From IMG/VR virus record IMGVR_UViG_3300028392_000029, positions 124,001 through 188,000 of that record: a DNA stretch of 64,000 nt; one strand, 5' to 3'. A model generated the notes under the pieces. That model was not told where the DNA came from. It searched no databases and was given only the letters and a program-made list of their open reading frames with translations. The position numbers and the translations under genes are program-made. Positions 47,267 to 56,939 of the stretch are shown in pieces. Position 1 is the stretch's first letter; every line of letters begins with the position of its first letter.

Positions 47267-48346
47267 TTATTTTCCTTTATTTGGTACACAGTTAGGTACT
47301 GACTTGCTGCCTTTTTTCTTTGTACCAACCATTTTATAACCTTTCCAGCACGGATCATTCATCATTTCATCTATGCCAGCAGGTATGTTTCTGCTGTTTG
47401 AGCCGCCGGCTCGACGTTTAGCACCCAATTCTCCTAGACCATGACTAATTTGTTCAATATTCATAGCAAGTTCGGGGAACAGCTTAGTAATATGTTGCCA
47501 TATTCTAGGATCATCACTTTGAGCCTGTTCTGCTAGATCTTTTAATTGTCTACGAGCTCGCATAATGCGATACTCGATACTACCTGGATTCGCACCTTTA
47601 TGACTGTGAATAGTACTGGACATAGGGTTTTCACGATCAAAGTCTAATGGAGTTTCTGCCACATTACCTTGTAGACCAGGGCCGCCTGGCCCAGGTTTAA
47701 ATCCCATGTTGTCAGATAACCCTTCTTGCATGGTCTTTAACAGCTCTTGGGCTTTTTCAATGCTAATCATATAACGGCCGAGTCTGTTTGGATCAGCGGC
47801 TTTTTCTAACCACTCTTTACTATAACCAGTTGGTGCTGGAGTTGGAGCCGCCGACGGCACGACTGGTTGTTTACCTTGTTCTCTTGCTGTTAGTTCAGCC
47901 TGCGCATCAGCTACACTAACCATGTATCTTCCAAGTCTGTTTGGATCGGAGGCTTTGCGCAACCATTCTGTATCAAACCCACTTAAATCGGCACCTTCTT
48001 TTATACGTTGCGTCGACTCTCTCATTAAGACACGTTCAGCAATAGTCTGAGCGTATTGTTTATACATTGTATTTTTTTGTGTCAATCTTTTGGTAGCATC
48101 TGTTTCAGCTTGATCAAAATACTTTCTGATACTCGATTCACGAGTAATATTTGAAACAGGAGTAGTAATAGGTTGGCCAACAACAGGTTGCTGATAGTGT
48201 TGCATTGCCATTTGTACTGGCAATGTTACTTTGTGTGGATTGCTGCCTTCGTTGATAATAGAAAGAAACTTGGACATGCTATCAACGCCTTCCACAGGCT
48301 TCGAAGATGCCCCATCCATCGCCTGTAGAATACGTTTCATGTCCAT
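47267..48346 (-). CDS. Probable internal head protein
   Basis: Multiple [ILV]xE sites; internal duplication; C-terminal DPCWKGYKMVG...VPNCVP motif. Confidence 0.5.
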   Translation of the reverse strand: MDMKRILQAMDGASSKPVEGVDSMSKFLSIINEGSNPHKVTLPVQMAMQHYQQPVVGQPITTPVSNITRESSIRKYFDQAETDATKRLTQKNTMYKQYAQTIAERVLMRESTQRIKEGADLSGFDTEWLRKASDPNRLGRYMVSVADAQAELTAREQGKQPVVPSAAPTPAPTGYSKEWLEKAADPNRLGRYMISIEKAQELLKTMQEGLSDNMGFKPGPGGPGLQGNVAETPLDFDRENPMSSTIHSHKGANPGSIEYRIMRARRQLKDLAEQAQSDDPRIWQHITKLFPELAMNIEQISHGLGELGAKRRAGGSNSRNIPAGIDEMMNDPCWKGYKMVGTKKKGSKSVPNCVPNKGK

Positions 48347-48350
48347 TGTA

Positions 48351-49886
48351 TTAACCTAATAGACGCTTTGTTAATGCACGAATGCTAGCAACTTCACCTG
48401 ATTCAGCAACCATAGTTCGCTCGTTTTGATTTAAACGACCTGTTAGTTCGCGCATACGTGATAAGTCAGAGGATTCGTTAGTGCCAATTGGATCTTTTTT
48501 GCCTGCTGGTGCTGGCATCATTGCTCCTAACTTCTTGGCTTCTTCAGCATCCTTAGCACCTGATGGATTTGGAACAACGGTCAAATTCTCGTCTGTAATC
48601 TTTTCTTTCTTTTTCTTTTCAGCTAGATACGCTTGAGTTTCTTTGATGTTCTTCCACATAGCGGCAGCGGCAACCTTCTCACCTTTCTCACCGCCACCAG
48701 CAGCCTTGGCCACTTTGTCAAAACTCTTACCTGGCTTACCAATGTCGCCACCTGCTTTAGCTTTCTTAACTACAGCAGATTTTTTCTCTTTGCTTAGACC
48801 TGCGCTTGGTTTTGCGGCTTCCTTAACAGACTTTCCGCCTTTTTCATCTTTGCCAAGACGTCCGGCGATAACATCACCACGTGTTACTTTGTCGTATGGT
48901 TTAGCGTTGTTGGCCAAGTTGCCATCGCCTTTCTTTTTAGCTTCGTCTAATTCAACTTCTTTTTCTTTCTTTGGCTTAGCAGGTGCACCGTCACGATTGT
49001 CAAACTTCTCGCTATCCTTCATACCCCATGTCTTAGCACTTTTAGGAGACATCTTTTGTGCAGGAGCTTTTTCTTTTTTCTCTGCGGCCGACTGCGATTT
49101 AGCATGGGTCTTAATACCCTTACCTGATTTAGCGTTCGAAGAGATTTCGTCGCCGTCGTCGTGATACGTAGTATTGGTATGCTTCATACCGGTATCAGTT
49201 TTAGTTGCTACACCTGTGCGTGTTTTAAATGTATCACCAGTCTTTGATTTGTCGGTAAATTCTTCATCTAAGTCTTCTTCACTGTCAGGAATACCATTGT
49301 GATTTTTATCTAAACGCTTGTGAGCGGCATGCATAGCTTTAGTTTTGCGATCGTAATCACCAGCCATTTTCTTAACATGATCTGGAATTGGCATCGCTTC
49401 GACATATACCATACCAGTACCACCACACTCTGTACATTGTTGCTCACCACCGCGCAACGGACCTTCCATTACTTTTTTATCTTTGGCTTTTTCAGCTTGA
49501 GTCTTTTTAAGATCTTTCATCTTAGATTTAGCTTCTGAAAGCAATTCTTTAATTTTCATACGTTGTCCTTCGCTTAATGTATCGCTGTTATCTAAGTGTT
49601 TACCATATTCACTAAATTTCATCTCATATTCTAAGTAGTGGTATACTGATGCAATATAATCAGCGGCCTTAGTGATCTTAGCTTGCACCCATGCTTCTAA
49701 CTGATCATCGTCATGAACTTGTTTGAACAATTTCATGCTATAGTTAGCTAGTTTGTATAGATCAGCTTTGGCCATTGCGCCTTCGTGATCTAATTCATCA
49801 CTGTGCAAGCCTACTACTGCTGACTGTTCAGTTGGGCTACTTTGTGGTTCCATTTCTGGGTTCATTTGGTCTAAATCTGCTGGCAT
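48351..49886 (-). CDS. Lys/Glu-rich scaffold-like head protein
   Basis: Highly charged low-complexity protein with LSEG, LDEE, LDEA, VKEA sites and one CTECGGTG. Confidence 0.5.
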   Translation of the reverse strand: MPADLDQMNPEMEPQSSPTEQSAVVGLHSDELDHEGAMAKADLYKLANYSMKLFKQVHDDDQLEAWVQAKITKAADYIASVYHYLEYEMKFSEYGKHLDNSDTLSEGQRMKIKELLSEAKSKMKDLKKTQAEKAKDKKVMEGPLRGGEQQCTECGGTGMVYVEAMPIPDHVKKMAGDYDRKTKAMHAAHKRLDKNHNGIPDSEEDLDEEFTDKSKTGDTFKTRTGVATKTDTGMKHTNTTYHDDGDEISSNAKSGKGIKTHAKSQSAAEKKEKAPAQKMSPKSAKTWGMKDSEKFDNRDGAPAKPKKEKEVELDEAKKKGDGNLANNAKPYDKVTRGDVIAGRLGKDEKGGKSVKEAAKPSAGLSKEKKSAVVKKAKAGGDIGKPGKSFDKVAKAAGGGEKGEKVAAAAMWKNIKETQAYLAEKKKKEKITDENLTVVPNPSGAKDAEEAKKLGAMMPAPAGKKDPIGTNESSDLSRMRELTGRLNQNERTMVAESGEVASIRALTKRLLG

Positions 49887-49909
49887 GAGTATACTCCGTT
49901 ATCTTTATA

Positions 49910-49916
49910 TATTTAT
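49910..49916 (-). promoter_or_regulatory. T4-late-like promoter motif
   Basis: GATAAATA before the scaffold-like gene. Confidence 0.55.
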
Positions 49917-50389
49917 CGTTTGATGCTTCCGCCAGTCATTAGATTCACATCTATATCTAGGGCGTTTTTAGCTGTGCCGTCTTTGTTTTTAGGCTGTTTT
50001 ACTGGTTTATTCTTATATACCGGGCCTACTGATACATTAGCGGCACTGGTTGCTCCAGCGGTTGCTGATTCTGACACATCTTCGGGTTTACCAAACGGAT
50101 GTACTTCAATCCACTTGCCGCCTTCATTTTTAATCCATTTTTCCTGATGAAACTTACTTTTGACAATGCCGTGCATTTTTAATGCCTGTTCAGGACTATC
50201 TCTAAATCCCTGTTGGCGAGCTTCATGTTCGCGATGGTTACTGATCATAGCTTGATGTAACCTACCATCTTTAAAAATGTATAATAGATTTGATTCGTCT
50301 TCTGCAGGATTGCGGCGCTGACTACTAAATCCTGTGCGATTGTTATCGTAATTGTTATAGTGACCTTCGTCAAGTTCGTGCATTTTCAT
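49913..50389 (-). CDS. Hypothetical (probable head) protein
   Basis: N-terminus MKMHELDEG; internal VSESA. Confidence 0.55.
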   Translation of the reverse strand: MKMHELDEGHYNNYDNNRTGFSSQRRNPAEDESNLLYIFKDGRLHQAMISNHREHEARQQGFRDSPEQALKMHGIVKSKFHQEKWIKNEGGKWIEVHPFGKPEDVSESATAGATSAANVSVGPVYKNKPVKQPKNKDGTAKNALDIDVNLMTGGSIKR

Positions 50390-50390
50390 T

Positions 50391-50684
50391 TTATTTTCCT
50401 ACAGGTTTTTCGCCAGTTAAGTACGGCTTACTAAACCACAGTTGAAACCATTCTGGGGTTCCGGGACGAATATGATGCTTACGCTCTAGCTCTTGTTTGC
50501 TCATACCAGTAACACTGATATTACTGCCTTGATTAGCACGGTATTCGTGTAGTCTAGCTTCGCCACCTAACCCGCCTAGTCCTGCTAGTGCTTTCATTTC
50601 GTGTATAGGATCACTCGGATCTAAATAGCAGTCATCTGAACTATCTTGATTTAAATCCTGCGTAGTAATTCTATACTGTTTCAT
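50391..50684 (-). CDS. Hypothetical protein
   Basis: Start moved to MKQYRIT (ATGA overlap with dps). Confidence 0.6.
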   Translation of the reverse strand: MKQYRITTQDLNQDSSDDCYLDPSDPIHEMKALAGLGGLGGEARLHEYRANQGSNISVTGMSKQELERKHHIRPGTPEWFQLWFSKPYLTGEKPVGK

Positions 50685-51121
50685 TTTAAACTTGACCTCA
50701 GCATCCAACTGTGCTTCTTATGTGCATCCTGTCGATCAGCTAAGAAATTACTCAGCCCGTGGTCACCATGCGCTTCAGCCATATCAAACGTAATGCGAAA
50801 TATCTCAGCCATTCTGTCACTATCTGTTAATAATTCTTTTAGCATACCGCTCCAATCTGGTACATGATTTTCATCTTCTACCACAGTCAGCATACTGAAT
50901 TTTTGTAAACTAGCCGGTGTATAAATCTGTAGAGCACGTAGATGTTCCGCAAACGGATCAATTGCACCATATACTTCCTCGTATATGGTTTGAAACAGTT
51001 CGTGTAACTGACCAAACAACGGTCCTTCTACATTCCAGTGAAAGTTATGCGCTTTTAGATAAAAACTAAATTCACTAGCAAAAGCTGTTTTTAATGATAA
51101 GTGATATTTGTCGTGTTCCAT
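50681..51121 (-). CDS. dps: Dps-family ferritin-like protein
   Basis: HNFHWNVEG..F..LHELF...YE, DPFAEHLR, HKKHSWML. Confidence 0.92.
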   Translation of the reverse strand: MEHDKYHLSLKTAFASEFSFYLKAHNFHWNVEGPLFGQLHELFQTIYEEVYGAIDPFAEHLRALQIYTPASLQKFSMLTVVEDENHVPDWSGMLKELLTDSDRMAEIFRITFDMAEAHGDHGLSNFLADRQDAHKKHSWMLRSSLK

Positions 51122-52416
51122 TATATACCGTATTTGTTTCTTTTGGCTTTATTTACAGGGCTAGTTTTGTTAGTGTCAGCGGGCTCTTCGCTCTTGCTAA
51201 ACTTGCTAATTGTTTTTCCATCAGTGGGGACAGTTTTCATAGCCGATCGAATCTTATTATCGTCTTCTTTGGTGTAAGGATGATGTGTATTATACTTTTC
51301 AGCCCAGGTATCTTGCGGACTGTCTACAGCTTTTATACTCTCGCCGTCGGCCATGGCCATGGCCATCATCATGCGATTCATGTGATAGATACGATCGTAC
51401 CCGCCGATATCGCGTGTTCGAATTACGCCCAGGCTGGCGGCATCGTGGTGGGGGTGTCGATGACTAGTTTTACCTTCGCGTACAAATTCGTTAGCTTTCA
51501 TTTCTCTTAATACCCTGTTAGCTTCTTTAATCAAATTAAAGGCTTTTAAATTCTTTTTTGGTGTACTACTATTTACATCAACTGTACTATTCTGTTTTGT
51601 AATAGTGCCGACCCCGGCAGCTTCTTCGTCAGTTTTAGTATATACTTGTTGCGGTTTTTTATGCCCCTCACCTCGTTCCATTTTATCAGGATCTTTGGAT
51701 TTTTCTTTTTCAAAGTACTTGCGCATTTCTTCTGCACTGGTCGTTGGCTTAGCTTTAACAGGTTTAGTCATGAATCCCATTAAGCCTTCATCAGTTACTG
51801 GTTCTGCTACAGGTTTTTCTTTTTTAGCTCGTTTTACTTTTTCAGGATGTTGGCCTACTGCGGCTACTACTGTATCAAAATAGTGTTGACCATTTACTTC
51901 TAGATTAGGATCTGTACCAGCGGCTCGATAAAATGCGTCCATGTTACCAGCACGAGCCGCATTGCGTAGATCAGTTGCTGAGCTTACTCTGGGACTTGGT
52001 ATATGGATGATTTTAGCAAAGTTAAAATAACCATGTGTACTTTCCTTGCCATTGTATTGATTTAATAATTTTCCAGCCCATGCCCAGTCAGTTGCATCAG
52101 TTATATAAGCTACAGTTGCACCATCTCCAACTTCTGCATAAATCTTAGAGGCCAGTGTGATAACTGTAGATTCACCTAACACATGTCCTTCAATGCTGGG
52201 ATCAATTGCAGACATCCATGCTGCCTTAACATCAAACGGCAACGGATCGTTGGTGCCGGTTGTACTAGGATTAGTACCTATGTACCATTGATGACCTGCA
52301 TGTTTAACAGCTTCCCAAACTTTGGCATGCCCTTGATGCGGTGGATTGAACCGACCAAAGCAGAATGCCGCAGTTACCTTAGTATGAGTTGATTCAAAAA
52401 GTTCACGTAAATTCAT
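51121..52416 (-). CDS. HxGH nucleotidyltransferase (cytidylyltransferase/NadM-like) with charged C-terminal extension
   Basis: FCFGRFNPPHQGH, NDPLPF, SSATDLR. Confidence 0.75.
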   Translation of the reverse strand: MNLRELFESTHTKVTAAFCFGRFNPPHQGHAKVWEAVKHAGHQWYIGTNPSTTGTNDPLPFDVKAAWMSAIDPSIEGHVLGESTVITLASKIYAEVGDGATVAYITDATDWAWAGKLLNQYNGKESTHGYFNFAKIIHIPSPRVSSATDLRNAARAGNMDAFYRAAGTDPNLEVNGQHYFDTVVAAVGQHPEKVKRAKKEKPVAEPVTDEGLMGFMTKPVKAKPTTSAEEMRKYFEKEKSKDPDKMERGEGHKKPQQVYTKTDEEAAGVGTITKQNSTVDVNSSTPKKNLKAFNLIKEANRVLREMKANEFVREGKTSHRHPHHDAASLGVIRTRDIGGYDRIYHMNRMMMAMAMADGESIKAVDSPQDTWAEKYNTHHPYTKEDDNKIRSAMKTVPTDGKTISKFSKSEEPADTNKTSPVNKAKRNKYGI

Positions 52417-53609
52417 TATGGTGTCCAGGCTGGTATAGTTCCAGACGGAGTTTCGATACTACTACGCGGAACTAGTTTAATATGATCATCACCTTTTTTA
52501 TCGTAGTGTACCCAGCCCTCTGGGTTGGTTACTTTAATCTCACCGGGATCTTTATCTAATTGTGCAATTACACTGTTCTTCAATTGCATAATATCGTCAA
52601 ACAAATTAAACATTGCAGGTAGTGCTCCTGGGAACATCTTTGCACGTTCTTGTACCTTAGCCAACTGTGTTGGACTTACAATTGTTGGATTAGATTCCAT
52701 CCACATCATAAAATTATGACCGACATTGTGTAATTGTCCTTGCTTACTCATAGTATTAACATATCTGTAAACAATATTTTTAAATCCACTTACTCCGGGT
52801 AGTGGTGATAAGAATTGATCAATTTCAGCTGAATGTTTTTTAATTTCTGCTTCAACAATAGATATAGCTTGAGAATCAACTTCCGGCTGCATCTGGGTAT
52901 AGTATGGACCTAGTACGATCAGTTGAGATGTTGAATTAAACTCTTCAAAACTGTCTTTGGGTTGTTGCGTATGGTCGGCGTCTCCGAATGTTTCAAATAT
53001 GCCATGACCAACAACCATTGCATGCGCTGTAGAAATTTGTTGTCCTAGATCAGTATCCTGTGCAATATGATAAACTGTTCCGCTTTTTGGATTTGGATGT
53101 AAATTATATATTCCATCAGCATCTGGGGTTGGTTGCCCTAAGAATAACCCATCGGCGTAGACAAATCCTCTAAAATCTTCAGGGGTAGCTTTTTCAAACA
53201 CTGGATGTAAGAAACTAAATTCTCTAGCAAACTCTTTACGTTGCTCTTGTTCTTCGGGGGTCTTTGGATTACCACTCTTGTTAAGAATAAAATTATAAAT
53301 TCCTTGCTGTGTGGTAAACTCGTCTAATGTACTTGTACCAGTGCCGCCACGCAACCAACCATTGTGGTTAGTCAATATAAATGTACCATTCTCATCTCTG
53401 CCCCAATACACTTGCGGAGCACCGTCCCACTTGTATCGAACACCCTTGGCATTTTTGCCTATGGCTTTGATATGTTCCAGCGCCTTAATTGCACCAGCAC
53501 TGCCATTTAAAAATGTTAGATCCTCTGGATGATTGAATGCCCTACCTACTTTTTTCTTAACTTCTTCAGCGGCTGGGGCTTCTCTTAAAAATAATTCTCT
53601 TAGTAACAC
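52416..53609 (-). CDS. Phage protein with ligase-like KxDG motif (DUF6267-like)
   Basis: FNHPEDL...RYKWDGAP.VYWG; PEGWV...IKLVPR. Confidence 0.55.
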   Translation of the reverse strand: MLLRELFLREAPAAEEVKKKVGRAFNHPEDLTFLNGSAGAIKALEHIKAIGKNAKGVRYKWDGAPQVYWGRDENGTFILTNHNGWLRGGTGTSTLDEFTTQQGIYNFILNKSGNPKTPEEQEQRKEFAREFSFLHPVFEKATPEDFRGFVYADGLFLGQPTPDADGIYNLHPNPKSGTVYHIAQDTDLGQQISTAHAMVVGHGIFETFGDADHTQQPKDSFEEFNSTSQLIVLGPYYTQMQPEVDSQAISIVEAEIKKHSAEIDQFLSPLPGVSGFKNIVYRYVNTMSKQGQLHNVGHNFMMWMESNPTIVSPTQLAKVQERAKMFPGALPAMFNLFDDIMQLKNSVIAQLDKDPGEIKVTNPEGWVHYDKKGDDHIKLVPRSSIETPSGTIPAWTP

Positions 53610-53611
53610 GA

Positions 53612-53983
53612 TTAGTCCTTATACTTGCCATCGGCAACGTGCTTACAAGTTTCATCGTGTATTTTTTTACATACTTTACTGCAAAGTTCCTCATCTAATT
53701 CGTCTGGTAGTTCGCGAATCGGAAATTTTTTAATGTACAATTTATAGCTAGCCTGTACAGGCACCTTAAACATATTTGGATGTGTTGCACGATCAGCTTT
53801 CAAACGGTCTATGCACTTGGAAATAACTGGATGGACATGACGTCGATACGATCTGTCATCGTTATGCATAAAATGAATTAAATCATCCGGAAGGTCGTAG
53901 TTAATCTCTCTGCCGTCATTCTTTGGCGAGACAAAGTCTAAATCTTTGAAGATGGTGCCTTCTAATAGCTCATTTATGCGCAT
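53612..53983 (-). CDS. Hypothetical (probable head) protein
   Basis: N-terminus MRINELLEG; first gene after an ATAAATA motif. Confidence 0.55.
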   Translation of the reverse strand: MRINELLEGTIFKDLDFVSPKNDGREINYDLPDDLIHFMHNDDRSYRRHVHPVISKCIDRLKADRATHPNMFKVPVQASYKLYIKKFPIRELPDELDEELCSKVCKKIHDETCKHVADGKYKD

Positions 53984-54029
53984 TGTTAAATCCGTTTTTA
54001 TAGACCAGCAGAATAAACTACGGTTAGAG

Positions 54030-54036
54030 TATTTAT
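54030..54036 (-). promoter_or_regulatory. T4-late-like promoter motif
   Basis: Intergenic GATAAATA heading the head-protein block. Confidence 0.55.
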
Positions 54037-54055
54037 CGATTTTGGAATCAACACC

Positions 54056-54685
54056 CTATGCTTTAACGATACGTTCAATCTTTGTTATTACGCCACCGAG
54101 ATGCATTTTAGTCAACAGTAGTGTATTGTCGCCTGTTACATAGAAGTGTGTTCCGCCCCAACTTCTTGATTTTCCTAGCTCTTTTTTGCAACTTTTAGTC
54201 AGTTTTAGTTTGTCACGGCCAGCCGCCCATTCAACAAACGCTTGATAATCTTGGTTAGTTTTACCTAAAGTCACTCGATAATCGTAATTTGTTTTAGGCA
54301 TTATTATAGTATTAGCCGCTAGAGGTGAATCTTTTGGTGGCTCAGATATATATTTCACATTGCTACTATCTAATTTAGACAGCAGAGTAACATAATCAAG
54401 GTTGTTAGTATATACGCTGACCCACGGAGATTCTACCCTAATTTCTATATCCTTCATTTTCTTCAAGGCAGTTGCAAGTCTAATAGCATAATCTAGCTGA
54501 TCTTGAGTTTTGATATTATTAATACGCCACACATCGTCGGGCTTTTGAAGTAAAGAAGTTTTACTTAGTAGTTTTAATGCAGTTTCCATATCACCGCTTC
54601 TAAACGAACTAGCGCCAGAACATATCAACACAATTTTGTATTGATATGTTCCTTTAAATAAACTTCTAGTTGTTTTGTACAACAT
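54056..54685 (-). CDS. Hypothetical protein
   Basis: 209 aa ORF overlapping the clpA 3' end. Confidence 0.65.
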   Translation of the reverse strand: MLYKTTRSLFKGTYQYKIVLICSGASSFRSGDMETALKLLSKTSLLQKPDDVWRINNIKTQDQLDYAIRLATALKKMKDIEIRVESPWVSVYTNNLDYVTLLSKLDSSNVKYISEPPKDSPLAANTIIMPKTNYDYRVTLGKTNQDYQAFVEWAAGRDKLKLTKSCKKELGKSRSWGGTHFYVTGDNTLLLTKMHLGGVITKIERIVKA

Positions 54686-56939
54686 CTTCTAAGTTGCTCT
54701 CAATAGCCAGTAATGCAATTTTAGATACTTTTGGTTTAGCAATTAACGAAATTGCATCGCCATCAACACTAATAGTGACCCAGCCGCCATTTTTAAGATC
54801 TCCAAACAACATCAATCGAGCAAGGTCGCGTTTAATTTCCTTGTCAATAACACGCTGTAACGGACGAGCACCCATCTTAGGATCAAAGCCTTTTTCGATG
54901 AGCCAATTAACTGCTTCCTTATCGATCTTAACTCGGATACCTTTATCTTTAACTTGGTCTTTAAGTTGATCTATAAACTTATTAACAATTTTTATCATTG
55001 TTTCTTTTCCAAGTTTATTAAATGTAACAACACCATCTAAACGATTGCGGAACTCCGGAGTTAAGAATTTCTTCAAATCAGCATCGCTATAGTCTTTATC
55101 TTGCTTACCAAATCCAATAGCATTTTTGTCTGCTGATTGTGCTCCGGCATTAGTAGTAAGGATAAGAACAATATTACGGCAGTCAGCTTTTTTGCCATTT
55201 GATCCGGTAATAAATCCGTTATCCATAAGCTGTAGCAATACAGTTATTACATCTGGATGCGCTTTTTCAATCTCATCTAGCAACAGTACAGCATTAGGTG
55301 CTTCTTGAATACTGGTAATTAGTTGACCCGCATTTTCTTCAAATCCAACATAACCGGGAGGGCTGCCGATCAACTTACTGATACTGTGTTTTTCTTGATA
55401 TTCACTCATATCAAAGCGCAGTAACTTAACACCCAAGTTTTTAGCAAGTGACTTAGCAGTTTCGGTTTTACCAGTACCAGTCGGCCCCATGAATACAAAC
55501 GATCCAACGGGTTTATTTTCTGTTTTAAGTCCAGCCTGTGCAACAACAATCTTATCAACGATTTCGGTGATAGCAAGTTCTTGCCCATACACTTCTGTTT
55601 CAAGTTTAGTTTGTAAACTAATTAAATTAACACTTTCAGTTTCTGAAACTTGCTCTTCCGGCATATTGACCATCTTAGCTAGTTCGAATTGAATTTCACG
55701 CTCGCCGATAATGCGCTCATCAGCTAGTTTGAGATTGAAGCGTGAGCAAGCTACATCAATTAAATCAATGGCCTTGTCCGGAAGTTTTTTATCTGTTTGA
55801 TACTTAACTGACAATTTAATTGCCGCATCAATTGCATCGTCCTTGATCTTAACATTATGGAATCCTTCGTAGTATTTCTTAATACCTTTAAGGATCTGTT
55901 TAGTAACTTCTGTTGTAGGCTCGTCAACAGTAATGCGTTGGAAACGACGCATGAGCGCACGATCCTTTTCGAAGTGCTTACGATATTCTTCCCAGGTAGT
56001 CGATGCTACAACTTTAATATTGCCTTTGCTTAGTGCAGGCTTCATCATGTTGGCAAGATCGTTCGCTGAATTGCTTGCCGACCCAGCACCACTAATCATG
56101 TGTGCTTCGTCAATAAACAAGACAGTCTTACCTTTCTTTTGTAGGGCTTTAATAACATGCTTAAAGCGTTCTTCAAAGTCTCCGCGATATTTAGAGCCAG
56201 CTAACATAGCACTGATGTCTAGATTATAAACTGTATACTCTTTCAAGAAATCAGGAACAGCACCATTTACAATATTATGAGCCATGCCCTCGGCGATCGC
56301 AGTCTTACCTACACCAGGGTCACCAACTAAGATCACGTTGTTTTTGCTACGACGACCTAGTGCTAACGCAATATTTTCTAATTCGTCAACTCTGCCAATA
56401 ACTGGATCGATTTTGTTTTTCTTAACTTCTTGATTCAGATTAGTAGTAAATGCCTGAAGGGCTTTATCACTATGCGAATCAGCTGGGCTATCGTCCGGAC
56501 CATTTTCCATATTATTATTTAAATATTCAGCAAATTTATCTTTATCGATATTAGCTTGTGCAACAAAAAAGTGCGCCCAACTACGTTTCTCGCCCATCAT
56601 AGCCAAGAATACATCCGTTGGTTCAATACGCTGTCGCCCGTTGAATAGGACTTGAGTAAACGCCCTATTAAGTACACGCTCTACACTTTGAGTTTTCTTA
56701 GGTTTAACCACTACATCTGGTACTGTAATTTCACTACATTTATTATGTAGATAATCTTGTAGGTTTGTTTTAAGGGAATTAGCATCAGCGCCGAATCCTT
56801 GAATACAGTTAGTAAACCCATCTTCTGCAAGCATAGCAAACAACAGATGTTCTATTGTTAGATATTCGTGATGAAGTTTTTTAGAAGTTTCTATAGCTCT
56901 TTCAAAGACTGCTTGAAGATTATCGCTAGGTTCGACCAT
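54666..56939 (-). CDS. clpA: ClpA-like Hsp100 AAA+ unfoldase
   Basis: HEYLTIEHLL N-domain; GDPGVGKT; LFIDEAH; GPTGTGKT; LLLDEIEKAH; IGF loop; no ClpB coiled-coil. Confidence 0.93.
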   Translation of the reverse strand: MVEPSDNLQAVFERAIETSKKLHHEYLTIEHLLFAMLAEDGFTNCIQGFGADANSLKTNLQDYLHNKCSEITVPDVVVKPKKTQSVERVLNRAFTQVLFNGRQRIEPTDVFLAMMGEKRSWAHFFVAQANIDKDKFAEYLNNNMENGPDDSPADSHSDKALQAFTTNLNQEVKKNKIDPVIGRVDELENIALALGRRSKNNVILVGDPGVGKTAIAEGMAHNIVNGAVPDFLKEYTVYNLDISAMLAGSKYRGDFEERFKHVIKALQKKGKTVLFIDEAHMISGAGSASNSANDLANMMKPALSKGNIKVVASTTWEEYRKHFEKDRALMRRFQRITVDEPTTEVTKQILKGIKKYYEGFHNVKIKDDAIDAAIKLSVKYQTDKKLPDKAIDLIDVACSRFNLKLADERIIGEREIQFELAKMVNMPEEQVSETESVNLISLQTKLETEVYGQELAITEIVDKIVVAQAGLKTENKPVGSFVFMGPTGTGKTETAKSLAKNLGVKLLRFDMSEYQEKHSISKLIGSPPGYVGFEENAGQLITSIQEAPNAVLLLDEIEKAHPDVITVLLQLMDNGFITGSNGKKADCRNIVLILTTNAGAQSADKNAIGFGKQDKDYSDADLKKFLTPEFRNRLDGVVTFNKLGKETMIKIVNKFIDQLKDQVKDKGIRVKIDKEAVNWLIEKGFDPKMGARPLQRVIDKEIKRDLARLMLFGDLKNGGWVTISVDGDAISLIAKPKVSKIALLAIESNLEDVVQNN

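Noticed and set aside
49410-49445. CTECGGTG as a split DnaJ zinc finger complementing the finger-less dnaJ
   Set aside because: A single repeat in an unrelated protein 8 kb away; class B J-proteins normally lack the finger
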